64,000 nucleotides of DNA from Candidatus Hydrogenedentota bacterium. Lineage in GTDB: Bacteria > Hydrogenedentota > Hydrogenedentia > Hydrogenedentales > SLHB01. A program made the position numbers and the translations under genes. Every line of letters begins with the position of its first letter. Position 1 is the first letter of the stretch. Shown piece after piece: positions 1 through 8,442 of the stretch. The notes below the pieces were generated by a model. The model made no database searches, was not told where the DNA came from, and saw only the letters and a list, made by a program, of their open reading frames with translations. Where the stretch lies: assembly GCA_019695095.1 (NCBI GenBank), contig JAIBAQ010000002.1:40995-104994 (forward strand), read 5' to 3'.

Positions 1-532
1 CCCTTACGGTTAGCAGGACACCCACAATGCTTCCGACAGTGGAAAGCGCGGCGACGCGTCCCGCGCCCGACCCCACGTGTTCCAGGTCGCGAACATAGAG
101 GCGAATGCATTGTGGCATAACGGTTCCAAGGGCGAGAATGGGCAAAAAGGTCGAGAAGCCAGCCCCCACCAAGGGTTCCCACCATTGGACCATCTCCTGC
201 TGCGGAACAATGTCCACGGCAACCTTGACCAATGCCTCCATGAAGACGGCAGAGAGGCCGGCCATGGCAAGCATGGCACCCAGTGGCGTCCACGAGCGAT
301 AGCGGTCTGCGAAGAAGCCGCCGAGTGAATAGCCAATGGCGAGACCTGCCAGACAGACGGATATTTCGGCTGCCCAAACATCCAGAGAACTTCCATAGAA
401 ACGCTGCAGGATGCGTACCGCGATGAATTCGTAGACCATTACGGCGCCGCCGGATACGAAGACGATACAGGAAAGCGCGACCGCGCCGGCACGGCTGCGC
501 ACGTTGGATTGAGGAGTGCTTGCGTTATTCAT
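1..532 (-). CDS. Membrane protein, N-terminal multi-TM domain resembling fused MFS/spermidine-synthase-like proteins (3' partial, runs off window start)
   Basis: Minus-strand ATG at 532-530. Translation MNNASTPQSNVRSRAGAVALSCIVFVSGGAVMVYEFIAVRILQRFYGSS...LAGLAIGYSLGGFF... has hydrophobic helices with the Y-E-x-x-x-x-R and G-Y/S-x-x-G patterns seen at the N-terminus of spermidine-synthase-like membrane proteins. The ORF is open to position 1 and absent from the supplied track only because it is truncated. Confidence 0.5.
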   Translation of the reverse strand, partial: MNNASTPQSNVRSRAGAVALSCIVFVSGGAVMVYEFIAVRILQRFYGSSLDVWAAEISVCLAGLAIGYSLGGFFADRYRSWTPLGAMLAMAGLSAVFMEALVKVAVDIVPQQEMVQWWEPLVGAGFSTFLPILALGTVMPQCIRLYVRDLEHVGSGAGRVAALSTVGSIVGVLLTVR

Positions 533-607
533 GCCGCGATTATAGCGTTTCGCCGCACGAATGTTCTCCGTGCCCGCGCGCGGTGACTACTGTGCGCGCA
601 AATCGAG

Positions 608-1039
608 TCAGGATTTTGAGTTCGCCTCCTTTTGAAGAGAGGCAAAAAGGTGCGTTGCTTCAGCAGACGAAAACTTGACGGTAACATGTCCTGTCGCTCG
701 CGGCAGGAAGTCCTCCGCATCAAATTCCATGCGGACCCTTTTCCCATCCACTTCAATTCGGAGACCTTTGTCGAGCGGGTTGTTCAGAGGGATCTCTACA
801 ATCGTCAAGAGCGAGAACGCGCTAAGTATGATTAACCGCTTGCGAGTGAAGACCACAGAGCCCGCACAGAGCTTCTTTTTCCAGTGGATCCAAATCCCCG
901 GCGCTCTGAATCGCTGAAACTTGATCGAGTACCAGATCCCCTCGTCGAGGTACACGACACCCTCAGACTCATAGTCCTTTCGCCTTTGCCGCGAGAGTCC
1001 TCCCAAGCCAAACAGTCTGTAAAACACCGTCTGTGCCAT
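608..1039 (-). CDS. Hypothetical protein (143 aa, start trimmed to internal Met to exclude repeat-derived codons)
   Basis: ORF 608..1219 begins inside repeat copy A, so its first 60 codons are repeat sequence. The internal Met (MAQTVFYRLF...) gives a GC3-rich reading frame. No recognisable family. Confidence 0.3.
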   Translation of the reverse strand: MAQTVFYRLFGLGGLSRQRRKDYESEGVVYLDEGIWYSIKFQRFRAPGIWIHWKKKLCAGSVVFTRKRLIILSAFSLLTIVEIPLNNPLDKGLRIEVDGKRVRMEFDAEDFLPRATGHVTVKFSSAEATHLFASLQKEANSKS

Positions 1040-1068
1040 GACTTCCTCCCTGTCGAAGCAGTCGTCTT

Positions 1069-1264
1069 CTAACCAGGATTTCTCACGAACACACATGAAC
1101 CTCTCCCGTAACCAGGATGCTTGCCGGACTTGCGGCGCAAACCTAAGCGGCTCTCCGAAAACAGAGTGTGTTCGCGAGAAATCCTCATGGCATGACCTCC
1201 AAGTCCTGCACGCGAGCAATTTGCACCGGCGCTCAATCGCGCCGGTGCAAATTGCGGATTAAGG
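1069..1264 (-). repeat. Copy A of ~195-bp palindromic MITE-like repeat (ends partly degenerate)
   Basis: About 90% identical to copies at 2295, 20034 and 45879. Contains the terminal perfect hairpin gcaatttgcaccggcgc-tcaatc-gcgccggtgcaaattgc at 1218-1257 and the internal long inverted repeat ggatttctcacgaacacac ... gtgtgttcgcgagaaatcc. Sits between a hypothetical gene and the SPFH gene. Confidence 0.85.
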
Positions 1265-1277
1265 GTAGACGGGATTA

Positions 1278-2279
1278 CTACTCCGGTTTTGGATTGCTGG
1301 TGTTCTCCAGGAGGTTCTTGATTCCACCCAACGAACCGAGAATGGCCGTGGCTTCGTAGGGCAGATACACGACTTTGTTGTCTTTGCCGGAAACCATCTC
1401 GCGCAAGGTCTCGATATATCGCATCGCAACGAGGTAGCCAGCCGGATCGCCTCCGCTGTCCTTGATGGCTGCCGTCACTTTTTGTAGCGCTTCGGCCTCG
1501 GCCTGAGCCACTTTGATGCGCGCTTCGGCTGCACCCTGCGCCTCCAGTACCAGCGCCTGCTGAGCGCCTTCTGCTTTCGTAATTTCCGCTTGCCTGATAC
1601 CCTCGGCTTCCAGGATCTTAGACTGCTTCGCTCCTTCGGCATCAAGGATGGCTGCGCGCCGATCGCGCTCCGCGCGCATCTGCTTTTCCATGGCCCCTTT
1701 CACGTCCGCCGGAGGGATGATGTCTTGAAGTTCAACGCGATTGATCTTTACGCCCCACTTGTCAGTGGCATCGTCGAGGATAGCCCGGAGCTTGCTGTTG
1801 ATGGTGTCCCGTGAGCTTAACGTCTCATCCAGATCCATCTCGCCGATGACGTTACGCAGCGTAGTCTGCGTCAGTTTTTCGATGGCGTTGGGAAGATTGG
1901 CCAGTTCATACACCGCTTTCACCGGGTCTGTAATCTGGAAATACAGCATCGCGTTGATTTCGATGACCACGTTATCCTTGGTGATGACGTTCTGCTTCGG
2001 GAAGTCGTAGAGGGTTTCCCTGAGATCGAGCCGCGCAATGGTCTCGCACCGGACTATGGGCTTCCCGTCGATGTCGATTCGCACGTATTTCCATTCGATG
2101 GAACGGGGCTTGTCGAAGAACGGCCAGATGATGTTCACGCCGGATTTCAAGGTCCGGTTGTACCGCCCCAGGCGTTCGATGACCATGGTTTCGGCTTGCT
2201 GAATGATCTTGAGGCCCTTTGCGGCGAACAGAATCACTGCGAATGCAACGACGATGAGAATTACGATCAACCCTTCCAT
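1278..2279 (-). CDS. SPFH/band-7 (stomatin/prohibitin-like) membrane protein
   Basis: N-terminal TM helix, then the SPFH core (IVERLGRY..., KDNV...I.A.LYFQI.DP), then a long coiled-coil A/E/Q-rich tail. Lies downstream of an NfeD gene, the classic pairing. Confidence 0.9.
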   Translation of the reverse strand: MEGLIVILIVVAFAVILFAAKGLKIIQQAETMVIERLGRYNRTLKSGVNIIWPFFDKPRSIEWKYVRIDIDGKPIVRCETIARLDLRETLYDFPKQNVITKDNVVIEINAMLYFQITDPVKAVYELANLPNAIEKLTQTTLRNVIGEMDLDETLSSRDTINSKLRAILDDATDKWGVKINRVELQDIIPPADVKGAMEKQMRAERDRRAAILDAEGAKQSKILEAEGIRQAEITKAEGAQQALVLEAQGAAEARIKVAQAEAEALQKVTAAIKDSGGDPAGYLVAMRYIETLREMVSGKDNKVVYLPYEATAILGSLGGIKNLLENTSNPKPE

Positions 2280-2294
2280 CTGCCTGATCCCTTT

Positions 2295-2488
2295 CTAGTC
2301 CGCAATTTGCACCGGCGCGATTGAGCGCCGGTGCAAATTGCGACCTTGCAAGACATTGAGGTTATGCCATGAGGATTTCTCGCGAGCACACTCTGTTCTC
2401 GGAGATTTGCTATGTTTTTCGCCGCAAGTCTCGCAAACACACTGTTTACGAGAGGGGTTCAAGTGTGTTCGTGAGAAATCCGGACTAA
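2295..2488 (+). repeat. Copy B of ~195-bp palindromic MITE-like repeat (inverted relative to A and C)
   Basis: CTAGTCCG terminal inverted repeat at the left end (2295) and its complement CGGACTAa at 2481-2488. Perfect 17-bp stem / 6-nt loop hairpin at 2302-2341. Inserted in the nfeD-SPFH intergenic spacer. The minus-strand TAG stop of nfeD (2485-2487) lies inside the element terminus. Confidence 0.9.
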
Positions 2489-2928
2489 CGGACTCGATCC
2501 ACTTCCACGGTGCAACCGGTAATCGCGCGCACGCAGACCCGCGCGCCCAGAGGTACCTCATCGGTGAACGGACTGACGGCCTTCCAATCTTCGCCGCCAA
2601 TCTTTACCCGACCCGTGTGCGCTGAGGACGAAATGGCTTCGACAACCACGCCCTCACGCCCCACCAACCCATCCACATTTGTCTGAGACGCATCGCCTTC
2701 TCTGTGCAGTAGCCGCACGCATATAGGGCGGACCGCGAAGAGCAGCACCGCCGAGGCCACGACAAAGCCCAGGAGTTGTCCCGCGAGCCCGACTCCTGAA
2801 ACAGAAAGGACCGCCGGAACGGCACACGCCACGCCGAACAGAGACACAAGGAATCCGGTGGTAAATATCTCGGTGATGAGCAACACCAGTCCCAAGATAA
2901 TCCAAAGATGCCACATGGCCAAGTGCAT
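2485..2928 (-). CDS. NfeD-family membrane protein (partner of SPFH protein)
   Basis: Two to three N-terminal TM helices and a C-terminal OB-fold-like segment (GRVKIGGEDWKA...), the NfeD architecture. Immediately upstream of and co-oriented with the SPFH gene. Confidence 0.8.
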   Translation of the reverse strand: MHLAMWHLWIILGLVLLITEIFTTGFLVSLFGVACAVPAVLSVSGVGLAGQLLGFVVASAVLLFAVRPICVRLLHREGDASQTNVDGLVGREGVVVEAISSSAHTGRVKIGGEDWKAVSPFTDEVPLGARVCVRAITGCTVEVDRVR

Positions 2929-3091
2929 GCTATGCCTCCCGGGAGTCTTCCCCCGCTAACGCTCTTCGTGAGCGACACCCCACTCCACGCAATATTAGCA
3001 CAGGGAATCCCGTTAGCCTCTACTATAAAAGATGCTCATGGTCTTCACTTCGTTTATACGGCCGGTTTGCCTTTGCCCGTGTCTCAAGCCG

Positions 3092-3097
3092 TATAAT
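3092..3097 (+). promoter_or_regulatory. Candidate -10 box (TATAAT) upstream of aspC
   Basis: Perfect TATAAT about 135 nt upstream of the aspC start codon. The candidate -35 (TTGCCT, 3067-3072) is at a sub-optimal 19-nt spacing. Confidence 0.3.
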
Positions 3098-3230
3098 CTC
3101 CCGATTCGCACGCAGCGGTGGCGCACTGCTCCTGCTTTCGAGCAGGTAAAGCGTGTGCATATCCCGTATAGTTCACAAGGCGTATTTCGCCTCGGGCAGG
3201 CAGTCAACCAAGGGAGCTTCGTAGAGGATT

Positions 3231-4436
3231 ATGCTGTTCAACACACTGGAAATGGCCCCCCCCGATCCCATTCTTGGACTTGCGGAAGCGTTCAAGAAGG
3301 ACACCAATCCCGGAAAGATCAACTTGGGTATCGGCGTGTACAAAGACGCGAAGGGGAACACGCCCGTATTCCAGTCCGTGAAACGCGCTGAAATGCGGAT
3401 TCTCACGGAAGAATCCACGAAGAATTACGTGAACCCGAACAGCGGCACCGCTGAGTACTGTGCGGCAGTGCAGAGTCTTCTTTTTGGGGCGGATAATCCG
3501 ATTATTAAGCAGAAGCGTGCTGCCAGCGCCCACACGCCGGGTGGGACAGGCGGTTTGCGGCTGGCGGCAGACGTCATCGCGGTAATGGCTCCGAAAGCTA
3601 CGGTCTGGCTCAGTGATCCCACGTGGCCCAACCACCCCAGTATCTTCCAGGCAGCGGGGCTGGCCGTGAAGAACTATCCCTACTACGACGCCAAGAACAA
3701 GTCCCTCGATTTTGATGCCATGCTTGCGGCGTTGAAGACCGTGCCCGAGGGCGACTTCGTCCTGCTTCACGGTTGTTGCCACAATCCCACGGGTCTCGAT
3801 CCCGATGCTGCCCAGTGGAAGGCAATCACGGACGTGGCGAAGGCCCAGAAGTGGATTCCGCTCATTGATTTCGCCTATCAGGGTCTGGCCGACGGCATTG
3901 ATGAGGACTGCTTAGGGGTGCGTGCAATGTGCGCAGCGCTTCCGGAAGCCCTCATCTGCTCGTCCTTTTCCAAGAACTTTGGACTTTACAACGAGCGAGT
4001 AGGTGCAATGACGCTGGTGGCAGACACTGCCGAAGCCGCCGAGAAGGCGCTTAGCCACGTGAAGCGCTGCATCCGCACCAACTACTCAAATCCGCCCGCC
4101 CACGGCTCAAGTATCGTCACAACGATTCTCAACGATCCCGATCTGCGCGCCGAATGGGAGGGAGAGGTAAAGGCCATGCGCGAACGTATTCATGGCATGC
4201 GCGTGCTTTTTGTCGATACCCTGAAGGCCAAAGGCGTCAAAGAGGACTTCTCATTCCTGATTCGGCAGAAGGGCATGTTCTCATTCTCCGGGCTTACCAA
4301 GGCGCACGTCGACAAGCTCAAGGAGAAATATGGCATTTACATCGTCGGGTCGGGCCGCATCAATGTCGCGGGAATGACTCCTGACAACATGGATCAACTC
4401 TGCACGGCCATCGCGGATGTGTTGGCAAACGCGTAA
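3231..4436 (+). CDS. aspC: Aspartate/aromatic amino acid aminotransferase (class I, AspC/TyrB type)
   Basis: Full-length similarity to AspC: GIGVYKDAKGNTPVFQSV, the PLP-lysine region SFSKNFGLYNERVG, and NYSNPPAHG. AGAGGA ribosome-binding site 6 nt upstream of the ATG. Confidence 0.9.
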   Translation: MLFNTLEMAPPDPILGLAEAFKKDTNPGKINLGIGVYKDAKGNTPVFQSVKRAEMRILTEESTKNYVNPNSGTAEYCAAVQSLLFGADNPIIKQKRAASAHTPGGTGGLRLAADVIAVMAPKATVWLSDPTWPNHPSIFQAAGLAVKNYPYYDAKNKSLDFDAMLAALKTVPEGDFVLLHGCCHNPTGLDPDAAQWKAITDVAKAQKWIPLIDFAYQGLADGIDEDCLGVRAMCAALPEALICSSFSKNFGLYNERVGAMTLVADTAEAAEKALSHVKRCIRTNYSNPPAHGSSIVTTILNDPDLRAEWEGEVKAMRERIHGMRVLFVDTLKAKGVKEDFSFLIRQKGMFSFSGLTKAHVDKLKEKYGIYIVGSGRINVAGMTPDNMDQLCTAIADVLANA

Positions 4437-4457
4437 GTAACTGAAGGTACTTTTCGA

Positions 4458-4496
4458 AGGGCGGTCTCATTGACGAGGCTGCCCTTTTCTTTTTGT
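4458..4496 (+). terminator. Rho-independent terminator after aspC
   Basis: Imperfect 11-bp stem agggcggtctc / gaggctgccct, followed by TTTTCTTTTTGTT. Confidence 0.6.
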
Positions 4497-5119
4497 TGGA
4501 TCCTATCAGGCAATCCTTCTACCTCAATTGCCCCGCAATCCTCGCGATGCTCATAACTTGCAGTGCCACAAATGGTTATCTGCACATTCACATGTTGGGT
4601 GTCGTGAGTCTACACGCGCGAATTGCCAAAAGATGGATGGACTCGAGCAAGAGTTGAAAGTTACGAAGAAGACTGATCAAGGGAAGAATGGGAAGGAATC
4701 GAATGGAACGAGATGCTATTTCGGTTGCACGTCGGGGCAGGCTCCACTTGCGAAGGTCATCTGTCTCCAAAAGGAGGAAACGCGTAGGAGGCACTTCAGG
4801 ATGGCAGATACGCTTCCCAGCACCGTCCTTCCTCAATTGTCCGAAGCAAGCGCGCTATGCGCGGAAAGACATTGCACCTGGCCCAACGGCGGGAATGGCG
4901 GCGCCGCGAACCAATGCCTTTCAACTTGCTCCGAGCGAGGAGTGGGCTTGTCAACGGGCCTGCCCCGACGGCAATAAACCCGAACGCAGCCTCTCTACAC
5001 TCGGAGGTCATCCTAGCATATCGAGGAGCGTTTGTCTCCCCTTTTTTTCCTCCAGGAATATGACCGCCTGACTGTCGGGAATATGAGATTAGGTGGAGTG
5101 TTTGATTATTCGTAACTCA

Positions 5120-5148
5120 TTGACAATATTCAGTTTAATTTGTATTAT
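5120..5148 (+). promoter_or_regulatory. Sigma70-type promoter TTGACA-17nt-TATTAT in an AT-rich patch; leaves a ~157-nt leader before the R2lox-like gene
   Basis: Perfect -35 TTGACA (5120-5125), 17-nt spacer, -10 TATTAT (5143-5148). Local AT-richness contrasts with the high-GC surroundings. Confidence 0.55.
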
Positions 5149-5305
5149 GCCCCTGGTCTGGTGATAGATTACCAAAGCGTAAAGCTGCGGAATTGAGTCA
5201 ATTCTCCACCGCTCGTAGCATCAAAGAAGTGCAAGGCAACCATGTCGAATTCGGACCGGTTGTACCGTTCTGAAAAGACATTCTGGCGTTCAAGGAGCTG
5301 GTGAC

Positions 5306-6205
5306 ATGTCGCATACTTCATTCACAACTACGACCCTCGGACTTCGCAGAGACATTCCTCCAATGACCCTCTATGAGAAGGCTAAGAGACTCGGTATTTG
5401 GAATCCCAGCGACATTGATTTCAGCCAGGACAAAGCCGACTGGCTCAAATTGTCGCGTGACGAGCAGTCATTGATTCTGCATCTGACCTCGATGTTTCAG
5501 GCAGGAGAAGAGGCGGTAACACTCGACTTATTGCCACTCATCTCGGTTATTGCCAAGGAAGGCCGGCTCGAAGAGGAAATATTCTTGACGACATTTCTAT
5601 TTGAAGAGGCCAAGCACACGGACTTTTTCCGGCGGTTCATTACGGAAGTCGTGGGACATGACACGGATTTGGGACGATTTCACGGTCCCTGCTATCACCA
5701 TCTCTTCTATGATGTGTTGCCTGCCACCATGCATGCGTTGTCGTGCGATCCTTCGCCGCGCGCACTGGCCAAGGCATCGGCAACCTACAACATGGTGATT
5801 GAAGGTATGCTGGCCGAAACTGGGTATCATGCCTACTTCACCGTCCTCGACAAGCACAACATCCTTCCGGGACAACGCAAGGGCATTTCCTTGCTCAAGC
5901 AGGATGAAGCGCGGCACATCGCTTACGGTATCTTTCTTTTATCGAGACTCATGGCCGAGGACGAGACGCTATGGGAGGTCGTGGAAGCGACCATGAACGA
6001 ACTGGTTGAACCCGCCTTGGGGATGATCTACGAGTCGCTCGGCTCGTACGACCCTATTCCATTCGGTCTAGAGATAAATCACTTTACCGACTACGCCATG
6101 AGCCAGTTCCAGAAGCGTCTTGAACGCGTCCAGCGTGCAAGGTCGATGTCCATAGAGGAAATCTACAGCGTTACGCATCACGCCATTGAGGAGAACGACG
6201 CGTAG
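5306..6205 (+). CDS. R2-like ligand-binding oxidase / ferritin-like di-metal carboxylate protein (RNR small-subunit fold)
   Basis: About 300 aa with the di-metal ligand motifs EEAKHTDFF, EGMLAETGY and DEARHIAYG of the RNR-R2/R2lox family. No nrdA/alpha subunit nearby, which favours R2lox over a true RNR beta subunit. AAGGAG ribosome-binding site. Confidence 0.7.
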   Translation: MSHTSFTTTTLGLRRDIPPMTLYEKAKRLGIWNPSDIDFSQDKADWLKLSRDEQSLILHLTSMFQAGEEAVTLDLLPLISVIAKEGRLEEEIFLTTFLFEEAKHTDFFRRFITEVVGHDTDLGRFHGPCYHHLFYDVLPATMHALSCDPSPRALAKASATYNMVIEGMLAETGYHAYFTVLDKHNILPGQRKGISLLKQDEARHIAYGIFLLSRLMAEDETLWEVVEATMNELVEPALGMIYESLGSYDPIPFGLEINHFTDYAMSQFQKRLERVQRARSMSIEEIYSVTHHAIEENDA

Positions 6206-6220
6206 CGGCCAGAAGCCAAA

Positions 6221-7087
6221 TCATGACCCGGCTGGACTAAGTGCTCGCAGGGCCGCGTCACGCATGGCGGAGTAGGGGGCGTCCACGCCTGTCCAGCGCT
6301 CGAACTGCAATACAGCCTGGTTGATGAGCATTTCTATCCCGACGATGATCTTGCACCCCACAGCTTCGGCATCTCGCAGCAGCAAGGTCTTGTGCGGGCG
6401 ATATACCATGTCGAAGACCACTTGGCAGTCCCGAAGCCATTCCCGGGGGATGGGGGAGGCGTCTTCGTGGGGGTGCATGCCGATGGGCGTGCCTTGAATG
6501 ACAACGTCATGCGTACGCATCGCTTCGGCGAGGTCGGTATCCAGGCCGCCAGCGGCAATGCTCTTTCCCGATGCGTCCCGAAGGTCAGAAACCAGGCGCG
6601 ATACACGCTCGGGCGTCCGGCCGAGTATAGTGACGTGGTCTGCGTGCGTAAGCTCGGCAATCGCGAACGCCACGGCACGCACGGCCCCTCCCGACCCAAC
6701 AAACAGCACTTTCTTTCCATTTAGGTCTACGCTGGCGTCGAGAAACGCCCGCAGCGTCCCCGGACCATCTGTTGTGGACCCAACCAAACGTCCGTTGTCG
6801 TTGGTGATCGTGTTCACGCTGCCCACATGTTGCGCCATGGGTTCCACTTCGTCGAGGTGGTGCATGACCGCAATTTTGTGTGGAATCGTCACGCTCATTC
6901 CGCGAAAGCTTGGAAGCGCACGCATACCTTCAACGCACCCGCCGACGTCTTCAACGCGAAATGCCAAGTAGACGTAATTGAGCCCCGCCGCCTCAAAGGC
7001 CGCATTGTGCATGTGTGGGGACAAGGAATGCGCCACCGGATTGCCAATAACCGCGCACAGCCGTGTCTCCGCATCAATCAATCGCAT
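6221..7087 (-). CDS. aroE: Shikimate dehydrogenase
   Basis: Motifs GNPVAHSLSP, the SVTIPHK catalytic lysine region, and a VGSGGAVRAV Rossmann loop. Confidence 0.9.
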   Translation of the reverse strand: MRLIDAETRLCAVIGNPVAHSLSPHMHNAAFEAAGLNYVYLAFRVEDVGGCVEGMRALPSFRGMSVTIPHKIAVMHHLDEVEPMAQHVGSVNTITNDNGRLVGSTTDGPGTLRAFLDASVDLNGKKVLFVGSGGAVRAVAFAIAELTHADHVTILGRTPERVSRLVSDLRDASGKSIAAGGLDTDLAEAMRTHDVVIQGTPIGMHPHEDASPIPREWLRDCQVVFDMVYRPHKTLLLRDAEAVGCKIIVGIEMLINQAVLQFERWTGVDAPYSAMRDAALRALSPAGS

Positions 7088-7139
7088 ACCGCTAATAACC
7101 CCGTTAGCTGTGGTTCAGAATTCGTAGTCTCGGACATCC

Positions 7140-7487
7140 TCACCCCGGGGGCCATGCCAGGTCGCGTCCACCAAGAATGTGCAGGTGCACGTGCCAAATG
7201 GTCTGACCGCCGCGCCTACCGCAATTGATGACATACCGGAATCCGTCTTTCGTCAGCCCTTCTTTCTCGGCAATCTCATTTGCTTTGAGTACCAGTTTTC
7301 CTAGAAGGACGGCGTCTTCGGGCTGCACATCCGTCACTTTCTCAATGTGCTTTCTCGGAACGATCAGGATGTGCGTTGGTGCACCTGGATTGATGTCCCG
7401 GAATGCGTAAAACTCATTGTCCGAGTAGACTTCCGTCGAAGGGATAGCCTTAGCCGCGATCTTGCAGAATAGGCAATCGATTTCCAT
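7140..7487 (-). CDS. HIT-family (histidine triad) nucleotide-binding protein
   Basis: MEIDCLFCKI...APTHILIVPRKH...WHVHLHILGG contains the HxHxH triad motif. The ORF start was trimmed to the Met that gives a ~115-aa HIT protein. Confidence 0.85.
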   Translation of the reverse strand: MEIDCLFCKIAAKAIPSTEVYSDNEFYAFRDINPGAPTHILIVPRKHIEKVTDVQPEDAVLLGKLVLKANEIAEKEGLTKDGFRYVINCGRRGGQTIWHVHLHILGGRDLAWPPG

Positions 7488-7530
7488 GAGCAGATACCTT
7501 TCTTCAATGCGTCCTGGCTGTGAGCGTACC

Positions 7531-8298
7531 TTACGGCTGCGGCGGCGTGCAATTGGACGCAGATTTGGATGCGGCGCTACGCGGCCCAAGACCGCCGAGC
7601 TCATAGAGCACCAGAGCGGCCGCAAGGAAAGCGGCCACTTCCGAACGATAGGTGGCCTCCCCCAGCGACATAGGCAACGCGCCTTTGGACAGGATGGCAT
7701 GGATTTCGTTGTCGGCGAAATCGCCTTCCGGTCCGACAAGTAACGTGACCTCTTTGACTCCCTGCGGGAGGATTAGGGGAGTCGCATCGCCTTGTTGTGT
7801 CGCGACATAGAGCAAACCGCGAGTAACAGAGAGTGCGGCCTCCAAGTCGTTGGACTCTTGAAATGCAGGCAGCCAAAGGCGGCCGCATTGTTTGCAGGCC
7901 TCAATCGCGATGCGTTCCCACTTGTCTGCCCGCATGGGACGCCGTTCCGAATGTCGCGCGGGGAAGAAGACGAATCGTGTGACACCCACTTCCGTGCAGC
8001 GCCGGATGAGTTCTTCCATGGCTTTCTGGTTGTTAAGCGTGGCCTGCAGCAGCGTTACTCGCGTTGCAGGCGGCTGCACCTCGCGATAATCCCGGATGTC
8101 GATGTGCACTTCATGACGCCCCAACGAGGCGACGATACCAAGCCATTCGTGCCCCTTGCCGTCGAACAAGGCTACTTCGTCACTCACACGCGCTCGTACA
8201 ACATGCAATGCATGATGAGCCTCGTCTCCCTCGAGCAGAGCAGACCCTTGGTCATGTGGAAGGCTGTCTCCAATATAGAATCGGTGCGTATGTGCCAT
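7531..8298 (-). CDS. rsmE: 16S rRNA (uracil1498-N3)-methyltransferase RsmE
   Basis: N-terminal PUA-like region HRFYIGD, and a C-terminal SPOUT domain with the LLVGPEGDF and LSLG motifs. About 255 aa from the internal Met. Confidence 0.8.
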   Translation of the reverse strand: MAHTHRFYIGDSLPHDQGSALLEGDEAHHALHVVRARVSDEVALFDGKGHEWLGIVASLGRHEVHIDIRDYREVQPPATRVTLLQATLNNQKAMEELIRRCTEVGVTRFVFFPARHSERRPMRADKWERIAIEACKQCGRLWLPAFQESNDLEAALSVTRGLLYVATQQGDATPLILPQGVKEVTLLVGPEGDFADNEIHAILSKGALPMSLGEATYRSEVAAFLAAALVLYELGGLGPRSAASKSASNCTPPQP

Positions 8299-8442
8299 AC
8301 GTGAAAGGATAGCAGTGAAAGATGGCGGAGAGAAAGCGACGAGTTCTCTCTGATTAGCACCGAGTCTGCTGAATCGAGCTTTTGTGGCTTTCGTCACTTG
8401 CGCCTATACTACGTTTCGCACAACGTGGAGGAGGGAGAATCT

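Noticed and set aside
2295-2600. ORFs translated through the repeat copies (2295..2600, 2338..2625, 1038..1262, 20024..20551, 45879..46394, 45922..46239, N-terminal 60 codons of 608..1219)
   Set aside because: The shared peptides (…SPDFSRTHLNPSRKQCVCETCGEKHSKSPRTECAREKSSWHNLNVL…, …SIAPVQIAD) recur only because the same ~195-bp palindromic element is present. They are the repeat read in frame, not genes.
4528-5071. Small + strand ORFs (149 aa, 127 aa, 68 aa) in the aspC-R2lox gap; also checked for tmRNA, RNase P RNA and SRP RNA signatures
   Set aside because: Translations lack any protein-like composition or ribosome-binding site. I looked for conserved P4/tag-peptide/…GGUUCGAUUCC… type motifs and found none, so no ncRNA call is made; the region is reported only as a finding to be scanned computationally.
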